A stretch of DNA of 58,016 nucleotides, filler included, from Sphacelaria rigidula (taxonomy: Eukaryota), in NCBI GenBank assembly GCA_964200075.2. It is 6 parts of 6 records of this genome, joined end to end, with 100 filler letters (N's around TTAATTAATTAA, not from the genome) between each part and the next. Parts side by side here need not be neighbours in the genome. Positions count along the whole stretch, not along the records: positions 9,688 to 19,273 come from CAXNAA020008148.1; positions 19,374 to 28,959 come from CAXNAA020008149.1; 4 more parts are not named here. One strand, given 5' to 3'. Of this stretch, positions 9,688-22,167 are shown piece after piece. The notes beneath the pieces are model-generated. The model saw only the letters and a program-made list of their open reading frames with translations. It searched no databases and had not been told where the DNA came from. The position numbers and the translations under genes were made by a program. Each line of letters starts with the position of its first letter. Positions within the stretch are counted from its first letter, which is position 1.

Positions 9688-12029
9688 CGTACAAACATAA
9701 CGATACAGACTTGTGGGACAGAGGAAGTATTGTTGCTTCAATGTCTCCGAGGATATTTCAACAGAACATATATTGGAAGGATAATATTTTCGCTGTCTCC
9801 ACTACAAAAAATTGGCATCATATTCGAACATATTGTGTTCGTTCAGGGTACGAGTAACAGCATCCGTGACCAGAGGGTGCCAAAAGGCGCGTATCGGCCC
9901 GCGTTTTCTGCCGTCGTATTGTCGAGCCAAAGATATCTCACATATTGTGAGGGGGATGGGCGACACCGCGCCGGTGGCCACATGGGTATCAGAAGGCAAT
10001 ATGTACCGGGTCGCCTCTTCTGTCACCATATTTTCCGGCCAATATATATATATATATATATACATATCAAACTCATTCGACAACTCTCCGTAGCCATGCC
10101 TGCGATTTTGTGCTGCTTCTTTTTGAGTCGTTTCCAATCTGCACGGGCTCCGACATCCATCGCGTCTGAATCCTTGTCATTGCGTACATAATACTCATAA
10201 TATCCAATTTATATATATATATATATTGACCGACCAATACATGTAGACATGTTAATCGGGGCCAAAATATACAGGAAAGTTTTGCAAGAAGTGTCCGGGA
10301 TCTTCCTGACGGAAAATCGCACAAGCCAATGAGATGGGACTGATACGCCCAGTCGATCGGCGAAGAAGCGAATGGGCCGCCCGGTCGGTTGGGAAAAGAA
10401 GCGCACAAGGTCATCTGCACCCATGACACGCACACGTTCCTGCTGCATTGCATCACCGGTACGGTCTGTTCATCATTCATTTTCATGTCAAAACTATTTT
10501 CATGTCAACACAGATGACCCGCCCTGGGGGTGCCCCTCTGTATAGGTTGAGACAAAGCCGATCGAAGAGGCATTGTGAAGTGCAGCAGTGGAATGCTTTA
10601 CATTACAGTGTATTGTTGTCTTCTCTCTCCCACCGGTTGCGTTCGTTCCGTTCGTCTATGGGTACCACCAAGGATCAGACTACACGAAACTCTCCGACAC
10701 CGTCATCCCTTCCTGCCTCTAGTTGCAAAAAAAGTCCTTGGGCTGCGGTGGGCATTCATTTTTGAAGTAAATAGTTCTCCCATGACAAACACAACTGACC
10801 CATCATGAGGTGGCTGCTCTCTGTGTAGATAGACAAAGCCGAAGTGCACCGTACAGCAAAGTACGATCAGTACAGCGCAGCGCAGTACAGTACAATGTTA
10901 TCTTCTCTGTACCTCCCGCCGCATTCCTCCCTTATTTTGTGGGTATCGTCGGGTATCAGATTACTCCTTTGGAGATCGTCACTCTTCCCGCCCGCTCTAA
11001 AAGTGACGCTTGATCGCCAGGATGATGTCTCGTGTTCATTTTTCAAGTCAAAATCTCTGGGAACGGTCGCCAATTTCCACAAATAACCGGCTCTGAAGTT
11101 GAACTCTCCGGCCCCGTTTAGGTCATTTGGGTTTAGCACTCATTTTTCAAGTGAAAATTATGCCGATAGGACATATGCCCGACCCTGGGTTGAGTGAAGG
11201 GTGAGAGACATGTGTCGTGTATTCCCAATGTACGCGCTCAAGTCGCAGCGGACGGCGGCAGTAGACGCGGTACGGCGAACATGGCGGTACCAATACAATC
11301 AACGCCACAGACGAAGAGAGCAGAACTCGGTGACCATGATGCTGTCTGCTCCAGTACACGCAATGTTTTTCACCTCGGGTTCCTTGTGTGGCTGTCTACA
11401 CATGTGGCGGGGCTTTCCTCAGCAGAAAATGTATGAGGGTATCATATTTGCACATGCGTACGCACCGAAGTAAAGTTACTCCTCGACCGATTCAGATCTG
11501 CCCCTCGACGTTTCCCCCCAAGCCCCTTCTGGCTGTGATTTTTTTCACTTGAATTTATTGGGGACGATGCGTTGCTCAGGACATACTCCATCGGTTGATA
11601 AGTTTAATTCGGGCGGTTCTTCATGCTCATGTGTGTGATTCGAGTGCCGATTGTTGCGTTGGGTGCTCCCAAGCTCAATGCATCACACTGCAGTGGCCAT
11701 TTCAGGGCACGTCCCGCGATCAGATCAGTAAGCTGGAAATTGTATATTTTTTTCAGGTTTAGAGGGTTCGCCTTCGAAGCGGTAGGACAAGGCCACTGCT
11801 ATCGGGTGCGTGTGGATGGTCAGCAACAGGATGTAGGGTGTGCACAAGGAGGGTATTGCTTGCGCCTGCGATCAACCCATCAAGAAATTGGATTGTAAAA
11901 GTAAGTTTATTTGAGCGAAGCATCCCAGGACAAAAAAAGAAAAGGGGAATTATTTTCTGTGGTCGTTGTGATTTCCTCGAACAGCCCAGTCACTTTTTTG
12001 TCCCCGATTAGCACGTCTAACACTGGCAC

Positions 12030-12300
12030 CCACGCTGCCCCAACATATTTTGACTGGTAAATATATTCTCACCAATGCAACCCTAATATATTGATCGTGC
12101 AATATCTCGTTGCCCACATTGCCCCAATGTATATTGATGGGACAATATGTGTGCAATTCCACGGTACCAGTATTGATTGGGTGGGCAATATGTATGTAGT
12201 CCCACGACACCAATACATATTGGGCGCGCAATTCGTGTGCAGTCCAAGCGTACCAATATATATTACGCCGGCAATACAACGCAATATTTCATTATGATCG
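12030..12300. repeat. Degenerate minisatellite, unit of roughly 40-45 bp
   Basis: The motif ccaat(a/g)tatattg....gcaata recurs about 5-6 times. Confidence 0.55.
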
Positions 12301-12369
12301 ACTAATATATACAAGTAATACATTTGACATTTTTCGCCGTTGAAGAGCCCTGGATGCAGGTGCACTTTT

Positions 12370-12560
12370 CACTTGATTTTAGAGTACGGCTAAACGGAGT
12401 CATTCCGTCGTTTCCAGGAGCTCTGAGAGGCCAGCATGTGCTCACACTTGATTTTAGAGTACGGCGAAACGGTGTCATTCGGTCGTTCTCAGAAACTTGG
12501 AAAGGCGAGCAGTTGCCCTCACTTGATTTTAGAGTACAGCGAAACGGGGTCATTTCGTTC
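12370..12560. repeat. 75-bp-period tandem repeat (about 2.5 units, plus a degenerate copy near 12722-12783)
   Basis: cacttgattttagagtacRgcKaaacggNgtcatt starts at 12370, 12445 and 12520. Confidence 0.85.
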
Positions 12561-13288
12561 TCTCAAGCTTTGACAAAGCAGCATTGCATGATTCCCCTTC
12601 AGGAGGTTTCGGGAGCATCGCTTCCACGGCAGTGCTCTGCATGGTGTTTTCCGCCTTCTTTCCTCGCCATGGCGGTAGACCCTCCGTACGTCCATGTCAC
12701 ACCCTACACAGGACTGCCAGAATCGTTCCCAGGGGCTCTGAGACAGGTGCACTTTTTCACTTGCTTTGAGAGAAACAGGGTCTCTTTGTGACACTTTGAC
12801 CGCCGGAGATGCCACCTCTTGCCGTATACAGGTCACTTGAAGATTGAATCATAATCATGCTCAGTAGTGATATCTCAAACTCGGCTCCTGGTATCCTGGT
12901 TTGTTTTGTTATATTTTTTCAAGTGAAGGTGATGCCGATTCATCAGATGATGTGACCCTTTGACCGCCAGGTCAGGTCCTCCTATGAAACGCGGTCACTT
13001 TCACTTTAAAAAATAGTACACAACTCAGAGCCAGCGAATAAACCAGGACACCAGCAGCCGAGTTTGAGATATACCTCTAGTTGGATAGGTTGTGCGGAAC
13101 GACTCTCCGTCCAATCTCGGCGCACACGGAAAGCGTGTTGTGATCTTACCCGCATGTCAAATCGTCTCGACTGCACTTCCCTTTTCCTGTCTCTGGACTG
13201 CTGTTGTTGTTGCTGCTGCTTCTGCTCTGCCATATATGCGTTTTTTCGTCATGAGGCGTCTTCTATTGTTCATATTTTAGTCCGCAGA

Positions 13289-13880
13289 CGGTCGCTCTGG
13301 TGGCTCAGTTGGTAACCTCCAAACCTCATGGTGGTTGGGTCGTCGGTTCGAACCTCAGTGCAGTCACACGATCTGGAATTTTATCTCACACCATGTTCAA
13401 CAGTGGATAGCGACTACAATGTTTTCGTGAGATTGAGAGTAGAGCGCTGGTTGAGAGTGGCTTCGACTATTCGCTTCAACGAAGCCAGTTTTTCATTCCG
13501 TGCGTGCTTTTCTTCGCCTCTAGCACTGACGTGTGCATACAGCTACCCGTGGATATCTTGCTCACAGTAGACTTCACCACTCGGTAGTTGACAGATAGTT
13601 TTCGGAAATTTAAAGTCACCTCCTTCCTCAGGGGTATCAAGGGTCTCAGTGGCGAGCTCCTACAGTATTGGAGCATCTTGAGCCTCGTGGAGGGGCATTT
13701 CGGAACTGAAACGATTCATTGACTAATTGACCGCTTTTCACTCTCAATCGTATCTTCTATTCTCATAATTCGGTTTCACGGTCGACGAGCGAAAGGGACC
13801 GCTGAACCCCTCTCGCGATGAAAAAATAAGGCGACCACCACAGAATTTCCTGTGTTGACGTCCCTTCTGTGTTACACGGA
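13289..13880 (+). mobile_element. SINE family A copy split by an insertion of about 320 bp (13431-13749) that has inverted ends
   Basis: The head with tggctcagttgg and ggttcgaacc lies at 13289-13420 and the body resumes at ~13768. The insert ends are gattgagagt and actctcaatc. Confidence 0.7.
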
Positions 13881-14223
13881 ATCCCAGAAACATGTGGTTT
13901 GCACGCAGGGGCATTTCCATCAATCGGTAATACTTGCTACCGTGCTCAGTCCATGAGCTTACACAACGCACACAGCTATCACCGGTGCTCATGTACCTTG
14001 GCTGTCGATCCTGGTCGATCCACTGATCGTGGCGGCGAAGCTGGAGAAACGCCACGTTGCGGTTGTCGCGTGCTCAACTGTCCTGCTATTTCTGGAGCCC
14101 GTTTCGTACAATGGGTCATGTCTGTGATGTTGAATCCGGGGTTGTCCGTGTTTCGTGGGATATCGGTCGCTACTGTTGGTCGATTGTTGCCTTACTTCTT
14201 CCGTTTCTCTTATATATCCACTA

Positions 14224-14961
14224 CTCCCTCTGGGCGGATTCATAAGCAAGGTTCGGAAAAACGGAATATAAGCAAGGTTGGTATGATATGGCCCCGAACG
14301 GGTCGTCTGGGCACTGTGGACCATCGGACAACGTTTGTATATGATCAGGTACCACATCGGGAAGAAAAAAAACCCGATGAGGTTGGGGGGGGGGCATTGT
14401 GCGTAAAAATCCCCTGGTCAGTCATTTCGGTGGAGATCCAGCTTTTTTGTACCCAGCGACGGATAAACAAGCCCCGTCACAGGTTTCACAACCCGGAATA
14501 CCCCGTATAAATGGGGCACGACATTTGATGCAAAATAATAGTGTTCCCTCTCGAAAAAGGGGGAATATTTCATTATCATCCCCGGTTTCGGGCACCGTAG
14601 ACCACGCTTCAGAACCCCATCGACGCTGCGCGTCAATAGGTACCAAAGGACTTCTTCTCTCTCTGGATTATCCAAATTCTTGCGTTTTTGCCCCTGAGAG
14701 GCGTTCTCAGCAGCAGACATGTCTCACCAGCAGATGGGAAGGCTTTTGGGCGGTGGTTCAAAGTTGGGGTGGTGATTTCGAGCAACTTCTGCTGGGGTGT
14801 GATGAACTTTTTCGGTGCGACCTCTAGAAGACAGCGGTTTTGCGCGTTCCGCAGCAGCGGTCCAAAAACAGCAACAAAAAACGGTTCGAAAATAGGCCTT
14901 CATATGCCCGAGTTAGACCGCTTTTGGTCCGAACCTTGCTTATAAATCCGCCCAGAGGGAG
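14224..14961. mobile_element. Tc1/mariner-type (Stowaway-like) MITE, 738 bp
   Basis: TIRs CTCCCTCTGGGCGGATT(C/T)ATAAGCAAGGTTCGGA with one mismatch. TA flanks both ends (14222-14223 and 14962-14963). Confidence 0.9.
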
Positions 14962-16639
14962 TACCAAGACGCACTCGAGCACGCCTCTGGTACCTGAGCT
15001 GGACCAAAGAGCCAATCGCCACTGACTTGATGACACAAAACCGCGTACTCTCGATACCGCAGCCAAACGCAAGAATCAAGGATCGGCTTTGACAACTCCC
15101 AACCACCAGGCAGTGCAGTGAATACCCAACCACGGATCTAAGCGTTTGCAGTTGCAGCTGCCGTAGCTGAGTGTAGAGCGGAGCTTATCGTAGGTGGATG
15201 TACGGATGTATACAGCCCACAAAGCAGAGGTTATAACACGGGGGCTGTAGCAGCTCGGTGTATCTCGGATTGAAAAGATGAAAGTGCGAATATGTCTTCG
15301 TTCTTGCCGACTGGCTGCCGGGTCAGGTTAGGGCGAAGACATGGCCAGGATACCGTGGGGTCACGCTCGTATTCTCTCGACGTCTAGGCTACTAGGACCC
15401 AGGAGCCCTCTAGCTTCCAGACACTCCAGAAGACTTCAGGGACCATGAGGAACTTTCCACAACGCCCTAGAACATTCCCACAAATCTACGCAGAACTCAC
15501 ATTCCAAAACCATGCTCCCGACCAACTGTCATACACACCAAGCACGAAGAAAGGTCGCCTGGGCATCTGCGCTAGCGCAGAGTTTCGGGCTAAATCTGGT
15601 GCAGCGCAGGGCTTGCCGCACATGAAAAATTTAGGCCGCAAAATTTCACCGGAGGCGTAAAACAGTTTTGCGGAGGTGCTTCCGCCGGTAGGCGCTAACA
15701 AGTTGAAGGCTATGTTTTGCGATTTTTTTGCATATCTTGACGTGGAAATCTTGTACTTTTCGCCTCCGGCGGCCCCTTCGCGGGGGGCGGGCCTTCCGCG
15801 TGCGGCGCCCTCCGGGACCCCTCTCACCTCCGGCTCTCCTCGGCGCTAGCGCAGACGGAGTCCCTTCAACTTTTTCCCACCCTGCTGGTGTACACTGCTA
15901 TCGGCTACTTACGGGATACAGTTCTGTCACCTGTTGAGGGACTCGAGGAGCATCGTACGCTACACTTCTCAGTGTTACCAGCATCACATTTATAGATATA
16001 CTACGGGGCTGCGGTGAACGCGCAGCTTAACGGAGGAAATAACTTGACACAGTCCCGCCTGTACACATTCTAGTGGATTACTTCGCTGATCCCAATGACT
16101 CTGCACTACTATTTTACCTACTTTACTTTCAGCTACTGTTGCTGTTGCCGTCTTATCCGACAACAGTAGCAAATATAATCTGACTGCCTGCTGCTATGGT
16201 ACTTGATGGCATGTGACGCATTTCATATCCTGCGGACATGCTTACCTGCGCCATCGTGTTATCCGATAATGACACCATCCGGCTACTTGGTGTCCTGGCA
16301 CGCACTACAGCAGTATAATCTCCAACATCCGGGTCATGCCGTGCAATTCTGGGAACGTTTCTTGTTGCCATAGTACCGTGACCTATGATGGCTCTTGTTT
16401 GATGGCCAAGATTTTTGTGCTTCCGTGCAGATACCTTTGCTACTTGTATACACACTTGATCTCGCGAAGATGTTGGTAGTTGTAAAATTCACGTCTCGGA
16501 CGTCGTATACGCGGCTGAATTTTAAAGCTGCTTTCTATTGCGCCCTTGCGCGACCGCTGACGCACTTCGCGTTCTTGTTTTCTGTTCGTGCTCCCTCTGC
16601 TCTCTTGGCAGACTCGAAGGCACTTCTAGGCAGAACGGC

Positions 16640-17680
16640 ATGCTCTCGATCCGAAGAAGGCCTCAGGTGATCTTCTGGTTGTGCGCGCTCGTCTTCGTTT
16701 TGTTCGGCAGCGATGTGGCACCTCAGATTCGAGCGTTAGCAACTGGTGAAAAATCCAGCCCAGGCTTAGCCGGTGATGTCGCCGAAGATGGCCAGTGCTG
16801 GATATTCACGCACTTACAGAAGTGTGGCGGGAGTACGGTGAAGGCCATAATAGAGGGTCAGTGGGGTAAACGACAGATGATCTTTGACACCAATCAGTGG
16901 AAGTCAGGAGAAAAGGTCACCGCGAAGTTTGCGAAGAGCCTGGTTCAGGAACGCAAGTGGGACGCGGTCGCGGGAGGATACACGGAAGCCCTGAGACCCT
17001 ACGTCGGCGACCGCTGCAAGTGGTTCATCATGTTTCGACACCCGGTGTCGCGATTGGTTTCCGCATATTTTTACTGTCAAAGACTCCCGGCCGACACGGC
17101 TTGTGGGTCGGGACGTCTGAACGCGAAGGAAGCAGATTTGGTGACATTTGCGAAGCACTGGGGAAACTTCGGTCTGAGGCAATTCGCGCTGGCTTTGGTT
17201 GACCAGAACGATGTGCTCGAGTCCGACTGGCTCGGCTTGTCGGGGGGTGATCCACGGGATCGTCACGACTCGGGATGGTACATCATGAAGAGGTATCTAG
17301 AAACGGAAGGACGCAAGCTCGAGGGTACGGTTGGTGAAGAAGACGAATCACTGCCGGAGGATAGGGCTATGGACGATATGCTGCAGCCGGTCCGTGATTT
17401 GCTGCGAGACAATTTCACGGCCGTGGGCATCTTGGAAAGCTTTGATGACACGCTCGAGCTATTTAATCGTGCGCTGGAAGTGCCGGGTCTGGACTGGCGC
17501 AGCCAATTCAAAGCACAAGGTAGTAAGAATGTGGATAACCAATACAAGGAGCGAGAAAAGGCAGCGCTGGCCGAGGCTTGGACTAACGCAGAAATCAAGA
17601 AGTATATTAATCTCGACCTCCTCATATACGAGCATGCCGTGGCCGTGTTCAACCAGCAGAAGAGGCTATATTCAATTTAG
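16640..17680 (+). CDS. Type II membrane (Golgi-type) carbohydrate sulfotransferase, 346 aa, single coding exon
   Basis: ATG at 16640 gives MLSIRRRPQVIFWLCALVFVLF, a basic tail plus signal anchor. 5'-PSB motif FTHLQKCGGST, 3'-PB motif FRHPVSRLVSAYFY, C-terminal NLDLLIYEHA as in the Sulfotransfer_2/Gal-3-O-sulfotransferase families. Confidence 0.88.
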   Translation: MLSIRRRPQVIFWLCALVFVLFGSDVAPQIRALATGEKSSPGLAGDVAEDGQCWIFTHLQKCGGSTVKAIIEGQWGKRQMIFDTNQWKSGEKVTAKFAKSLVQERKWDAVAGGYTEALRPYVGDRCKWFIMFRHPVSRLVSAYFYCQRLPADTACGSGRLNAKEADLVTFAKHWGNFGLRQFALALVDQNDVLESDWLGLSGGDPRDRHDSGWYIMKRYLETEGRKLEGTVGEEDESLPEDRAMDDMLQPVRDLLRDNFTAVGILESFDDTLELFNRALEVPGLDWRSQFKAQGSKNVDNQYKEREKAALAEAWTNAEIKKYINLDLLIYEHAVAVFNQQKRLYSI

Positions 17681-17954
17681 AGCACAGTTAGCGTATTCGT
17701 GAGATCGCGTCGTGGCTGCTACGCCTCTCGTGTGTATAGTAGATGCAATTTGGATGCAGTTTTTGAGGATTGGGTGCGAGTGTGTGCTTTTGCGAAATAT
17801 CAGTAGTTGCACCGAAGCGGTGTTGCAAAGGCCCCCCTTTTCTATTCTTCGTTTCGTTCGTATTTCGTCTTCTTCTCCTCACTTGTCTACGCTGTTTGTC
17901 TTTTCTACTTTCATGTTTTCTTCAGTTTTCTCCTGAGCGTGCTTTGCCTGGCTA

Positions 17955-18026
17955 CATCTCGGGTGCGTCTATCACGTGACCACGGTTGGATCTCTAGCTA
18001 ATCAGTAAGTGTGCGATAATCAATCA
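17955..18026 (+). repeat. Probable 3' end of a non-LTR retroelement with an (AATC)n-like tail; related copies at ~20410-20500, 23185-23260, 24105-24195, 55885-55960 and 56125-56200(-)
   Basis: Shared consensus gtacgtccat...gaccacg..tggatccct...gatca...gtgcgacaatcaaatc. Confidence 0.6.
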
Positions 18027-18879
18027 TGAAATCGAGCTGTCGTAGCATGTGAGGCCTGTTATTCCCCCGCCACAGTGTGGGACAGCTGCACGGAGTGAAT
18101 CATGTACAGAATAATGTCCGTTTGCACCGTCCGTACATCGCGCTCGGCACCAGGCTACTCCACGAACGTAAAGTAGCTCCATGATTGCAAAGCTGCCCTT
18201 GAGCCCAACGGACGACTCCACCACGACTTCGTACAGAGCGCTGCCGGCGTCGCCGAGTCGTTGTACTACGTGGTCTTTTTTCAACGCTGGTCTGATGACT
18301 CAGCATGAACCACGCCACGACATCGAGCAGAAACGGATTGTTGAAGAATATATCCCTGCTGCTTTCGTTTTGCCGTTATGTTGGTTTATACTTTGCTTGC
18401 AATCCGAGGTAGTGCGATTTGATGGTGGTATAGGTGTGATGTAGGGGGCGATTCAATGTGGGTTGCCTCACGTGTGCAGGCGTGCGATCCTTCATTCCGT
18501 GTGGCGGATGCTTGACTCGGTGTTTTTGGTGATCGTCGACATCAAATTTGTGGTATTCATCGTGGTGATGTTACTGGCTTTTGAAGAGGCCTGTGCTTAA
18601 CGAATCCGTCAGTGTTTAGAAAAGGCAACGTCTTCTATGTGTTTGATGAATTATTGCGTAATGCAGTGCTTGATTTTTTGTGTTTCGCATGTGTAGGCGG
18701 TAGAGTTTGTTTGCTTCTCCGTGTGCTCCGTGCTGACACGAATATGACCTTTGTTGATATTCTTATTTGGCCTTGTGGCGGTTGAAGGGCGCAAAGTACA
18801 GATGAAACCCTGCCTTTCTCCATCTGTTGTTGATGTTGTCGATGTTCGGTGGTCTCTCTGTCTCCTGGTTTGTGTCTGT

Positions 18880-19080
18880 ACCTGCTTCATCGGACTCCAT
18901 CTGTGTAGTCTTTTTCTTCTCTGCTTCCCTCTCTTTCCCTACTTCTCCCTCTCTCTCTCTGTTATTTCCTCCCGGTGTGTGTATGATGCCAGTCGCGGTT
19001 GGGTACCTCGCTTCCGTAGGTTTCATGGGTGAGAGCTCATACCCCAATCGTGTGGCTGACGTAGATGAGCCACAATCTGT
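18880..19080 (+). repeat. Dispersed repeat; related copies at ~55480-55680(+) and ~56450-56700(-)
   Basis: CT-rich tract followed by ctcgcttccgtRggYttYatg in all three copies. Confidence 0.6.
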
Positions 19081-19273
19081 CCCTACGGCTTCCTGTTCTG
19101 TGAACGCGTATGTTGTTGCGCAAAGACCTTTTCCACCTGAACCCGTATTGCAGAGACCGACCATTTCTAGTTATTTCCCGGTCTACTTCTTGTGTCGGTT
19201 CTGTAATGCGTGAGAGGACCGCGTGCTTAGAGGACCGCATCGGAATTTGAGTACCCCTATGGTTAGGGTTAGG

Positions 19274-19373
19274 NNNNNNNNNNNNNNNNNNNNNNNNNNN
19301 NNNNNNNNNNNNNNNNNTTAATTAATTAANNNNNNNNNNNNNNNNNNNNNNNNNNNNNNNNNNNNNNNNNNNN
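19274..19373. other. Artificial contig-joining spacer
   Basis: N44-TTAATTAATTAA-N44. Confidence 0.98.
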
Positions 19374-20867
19374 GATTTCAAAAACTTTTTGCTCAAACTG
19401 AACACTTATTTCTGAGCCTTTGGGGCGCCAGTGCTCAGCAAGACGTTCCCGGAATGGTATAGACGGAGGTTTTTGTTGTTTCCGATTCTCTGTTGAGCAA
19501 AACAGTGCCAGCAACGACTTCACAGTAACTTTTGTAGACGATGCGTAGACGAATCGCAAGTGTACGTGAAGTATGTATGCGTCGGCAAAAGTTGACAGTT
19601 GAAAAAAACAAACCCCGTTCTTGGGCCACGTACGGTAGGGGTGTGTGGTCGGCTCGTCCTCCTTAAAGGCACGTCTCTCCGCAGAAGGAAGAAGACCATC
19701 AAGATCACCGCGCGCGGTACTCTCAAACCTATACATGTAATGACCGCCATCGCGTACACATCTGTATACTCTCGACACTGGCTACTTTGTAGACTGTACA
19801 AGTTCGGTTACACATTGAAGTGTATTGGCCATACACAGACAAGGCATACTTGACCTATGTATGTACTCTTCTTGAGGAGGGTTTCCCTGGCTGGGTCGCT
19901 ACTACTTGATGTGTACTTGCCGGGTTCGCTTCCGTGCTGACCGCGTTTGTTTTGGTATGGAGGAGCACAACTATTTACGTGCTCAATATAAAGCCCTGAG
20001 TGTGCATGGTCTGAAACCCATACAAAACAGATATAGACTATATAGGGTGTAGAATAGGCATACTAAATAGTACATAGTGTAATATCAATATACGTTTTAG
20101 TGTGCCCAGTCTAAATGCCATACAATAGAACAAATTGCCCCCCCCCCTCCCCTCAATCAGCCCCAAATTAAAAAATGTGAAACGGGTATAGTATCTACTA
20201 CTGTGTCTATTGCAATAGACAATGGATTCCATACTGTAAGCAGTACAATTTCCTGACATTAAAATCTTCAGCCCAGGATGTGAAACGGCACACGGTATCA
20301 GCACATAACACACGTTTTCTTTCGTTTTGTTTCTCTTGGTTTTGGTTCCTCAGTTGTTGACTCACTCCTTTTGTTCCATCTCGACCGAGCGTTTCCATTT
20401 TGTTTTCATCTCGGGTACGTCCATATTCTTTATTTTATGGAGAATGACCACGACCAGGTCCCTCACGGATCACTTTGTGTACGACAACCAACCAACCGAA
20501 CACGCAAGTTGCTCTTCATATCCACACACTTGCATACGGCGCAGTCAAGCGGCAGTGGTACTTGTCATAAACTCAACAACATAAAAGTGCAGCATTCCCC
20601 CCCCCCCCCCCCCCCCCCCACCCCCCCCACTCGCCATCACCCGCACGCCCACGTCCCCCACNNNNNNNNNNCCACCACCTGGCTACGGGCCCGTCAAAGC
20701 GGGGGGGGTCCGTGCCTCAAATCCACCACAAAAAAACGCAGAAATCCCCCCCCCCCCCCCCCATGCGAGGCCAATGGCCTTACGACTACGGCAGGCATGA
20801 TTAACGGGTACACCCCACCCCCACCCCCACTCCCACCCCCAACGCATTTTCGGGGTTTTCATCACAC

Positions 20868-20987
20868 CTGTTGGTTAACCCGCGCAGAAGCTTGCTGAAC
20901 GTTTCGAAATCCTTGTCGCTCAGCTCCTCCCCGGCCCGTTCCGCCTCCCGGGCCTTCTCCAACTCCCTTCCGGTTGCGTACTTGTAC
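20868..20987 (-). CDS. U2SURP: U2SURP/SR140 exon (start of the CID domain); gene is partial
   Basis: Acceptor tgcag|G, donor AG|gtgtga. Encodes YKYATGRELEKAREAERAGEELSDKDFETFSKLLRGLTN, resembling the SR140 LEEILRGLT segment. Phase 2 matches the previous exon. Confidence 0.8.
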
Positions 20988-21091
20988 CTGCACACGGTCA
21001 TTTGACCCATCACCGAGGACCGTGGTACGAAAAAAAACAAGACAGTCGATTCATTTTTTTTTTACAATGACAGCACAATCATTAAAAAATT

Positions 21092-21360
21092 TCAAGAGTC
21101 GGACGAGTCAATGATTCATTAGTCTGGAAATTACTCGATTATAGTGTGAATGATTCGTACAGGACGAATCAATCGTCAGGGCTTTGATTTCAGCGTTGCA
21201 ACCCAGGTGCGGGCAGGCGGCCCGGGGACGTGGAATGGCGCAAAAGTTGCATGGAGACCTTCATGACCAGCGGTAAACGTTTTTCTCTCTTTCGAGCAAT
21301 TACGCCTGAGAAATCTGTTTTTAATTATTTGAACCGGCGATGATGCGTCCAAACCGTGAA
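21092..21360 (-). mobile_element. MITE family B, about 270 bp; other copies at ~22421-23080, ~26280-26518, ~46610-46866 and an end fragment at ~25310-25370
   Basis: Imperfect TIRs tcaagagtcggacg and cgtccaaaccgtga. Shared body tgcaacgctgaaa..aag.c..gggattgattcgt...gtaatttcca. Confidence 0.75.
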
Positions 21361-22167
21361 AAAGTTGCTCCGCTCGAGTACGAGGTTCGTTCGTTATCTC
21401 GCTACTCCACCAAGTATTTCGAATATATATGAATATATATGAATATATATATATATATATCCCAAAAATGGCCTGCACCGCTGTTACCTGTTACTACTCT
21501 GTGTATACACCAGTACGTGGCAAGGTAGTCGGATTGATCGTACGCGGGGACTTTATATATTCTAGTAGGTATCCTGTAGTTCAATCGGTCTTGTATGGAT
21601 CTATCGCAGTGCAGGTGCCCTTTTTCGTGTGATTTTTTTTTTGCCTTCCTCTGCGGGCTGTTTGATTCATGGGTATAGGCTGTATGCTCCTTGCACTCTG
21701 TGACCACGGGTTCGAGAGATCGGGCTGATGTGACGAACATAATAATATAGACACGAATCATCCAAGATATCCGCAACACTAACTCCAACCCAAGGCGTTC
21801 GACAACCCTCGGGCAAGGGGGACGCAGACGTTGCCCTAGGCAAAGTGTGCCTTGGCAGACCTCAAGTCGGCGCCTGCCGATTTGATTTGGACAAAAATAC
21901 ACGTTCTGGGCAAGCCAGGAACACTCAGTCTCGTCTCAAAACCCGGACATCGGTGTTCAATCCAAAATCAAGAGGTCACACATCCGGTCAACCATGGATT
22001 TTCGACGAAGCTTAACCCTTAGACCGCGAAAGTAGTCCATCTGCTGGACTATGCACACTTCTTCCAAATGAAATTGATGCCGATTCAACAGATGACCTAC
22101 TCTCGCTGTCCAAGTGTTATTGTCATACTCTAGTGTACCCCTATCCTGGATAATGACAATAACACAC

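Noticed and set aside
12370-12560. CRISPR-like look: 35-nt repeats containing TTTTAGAG separated by about 40 nt
   Set aside because: The spacers are homologous to each other, there are only three units, there are no cas genes and the context is eukaryotic.
16538-16639. TTG-initiated N-terminal extension of the sulfotransferase
   Set aside because: For a eukaryotic gene the first ATG at 16640 gives a canonical type II anchor.
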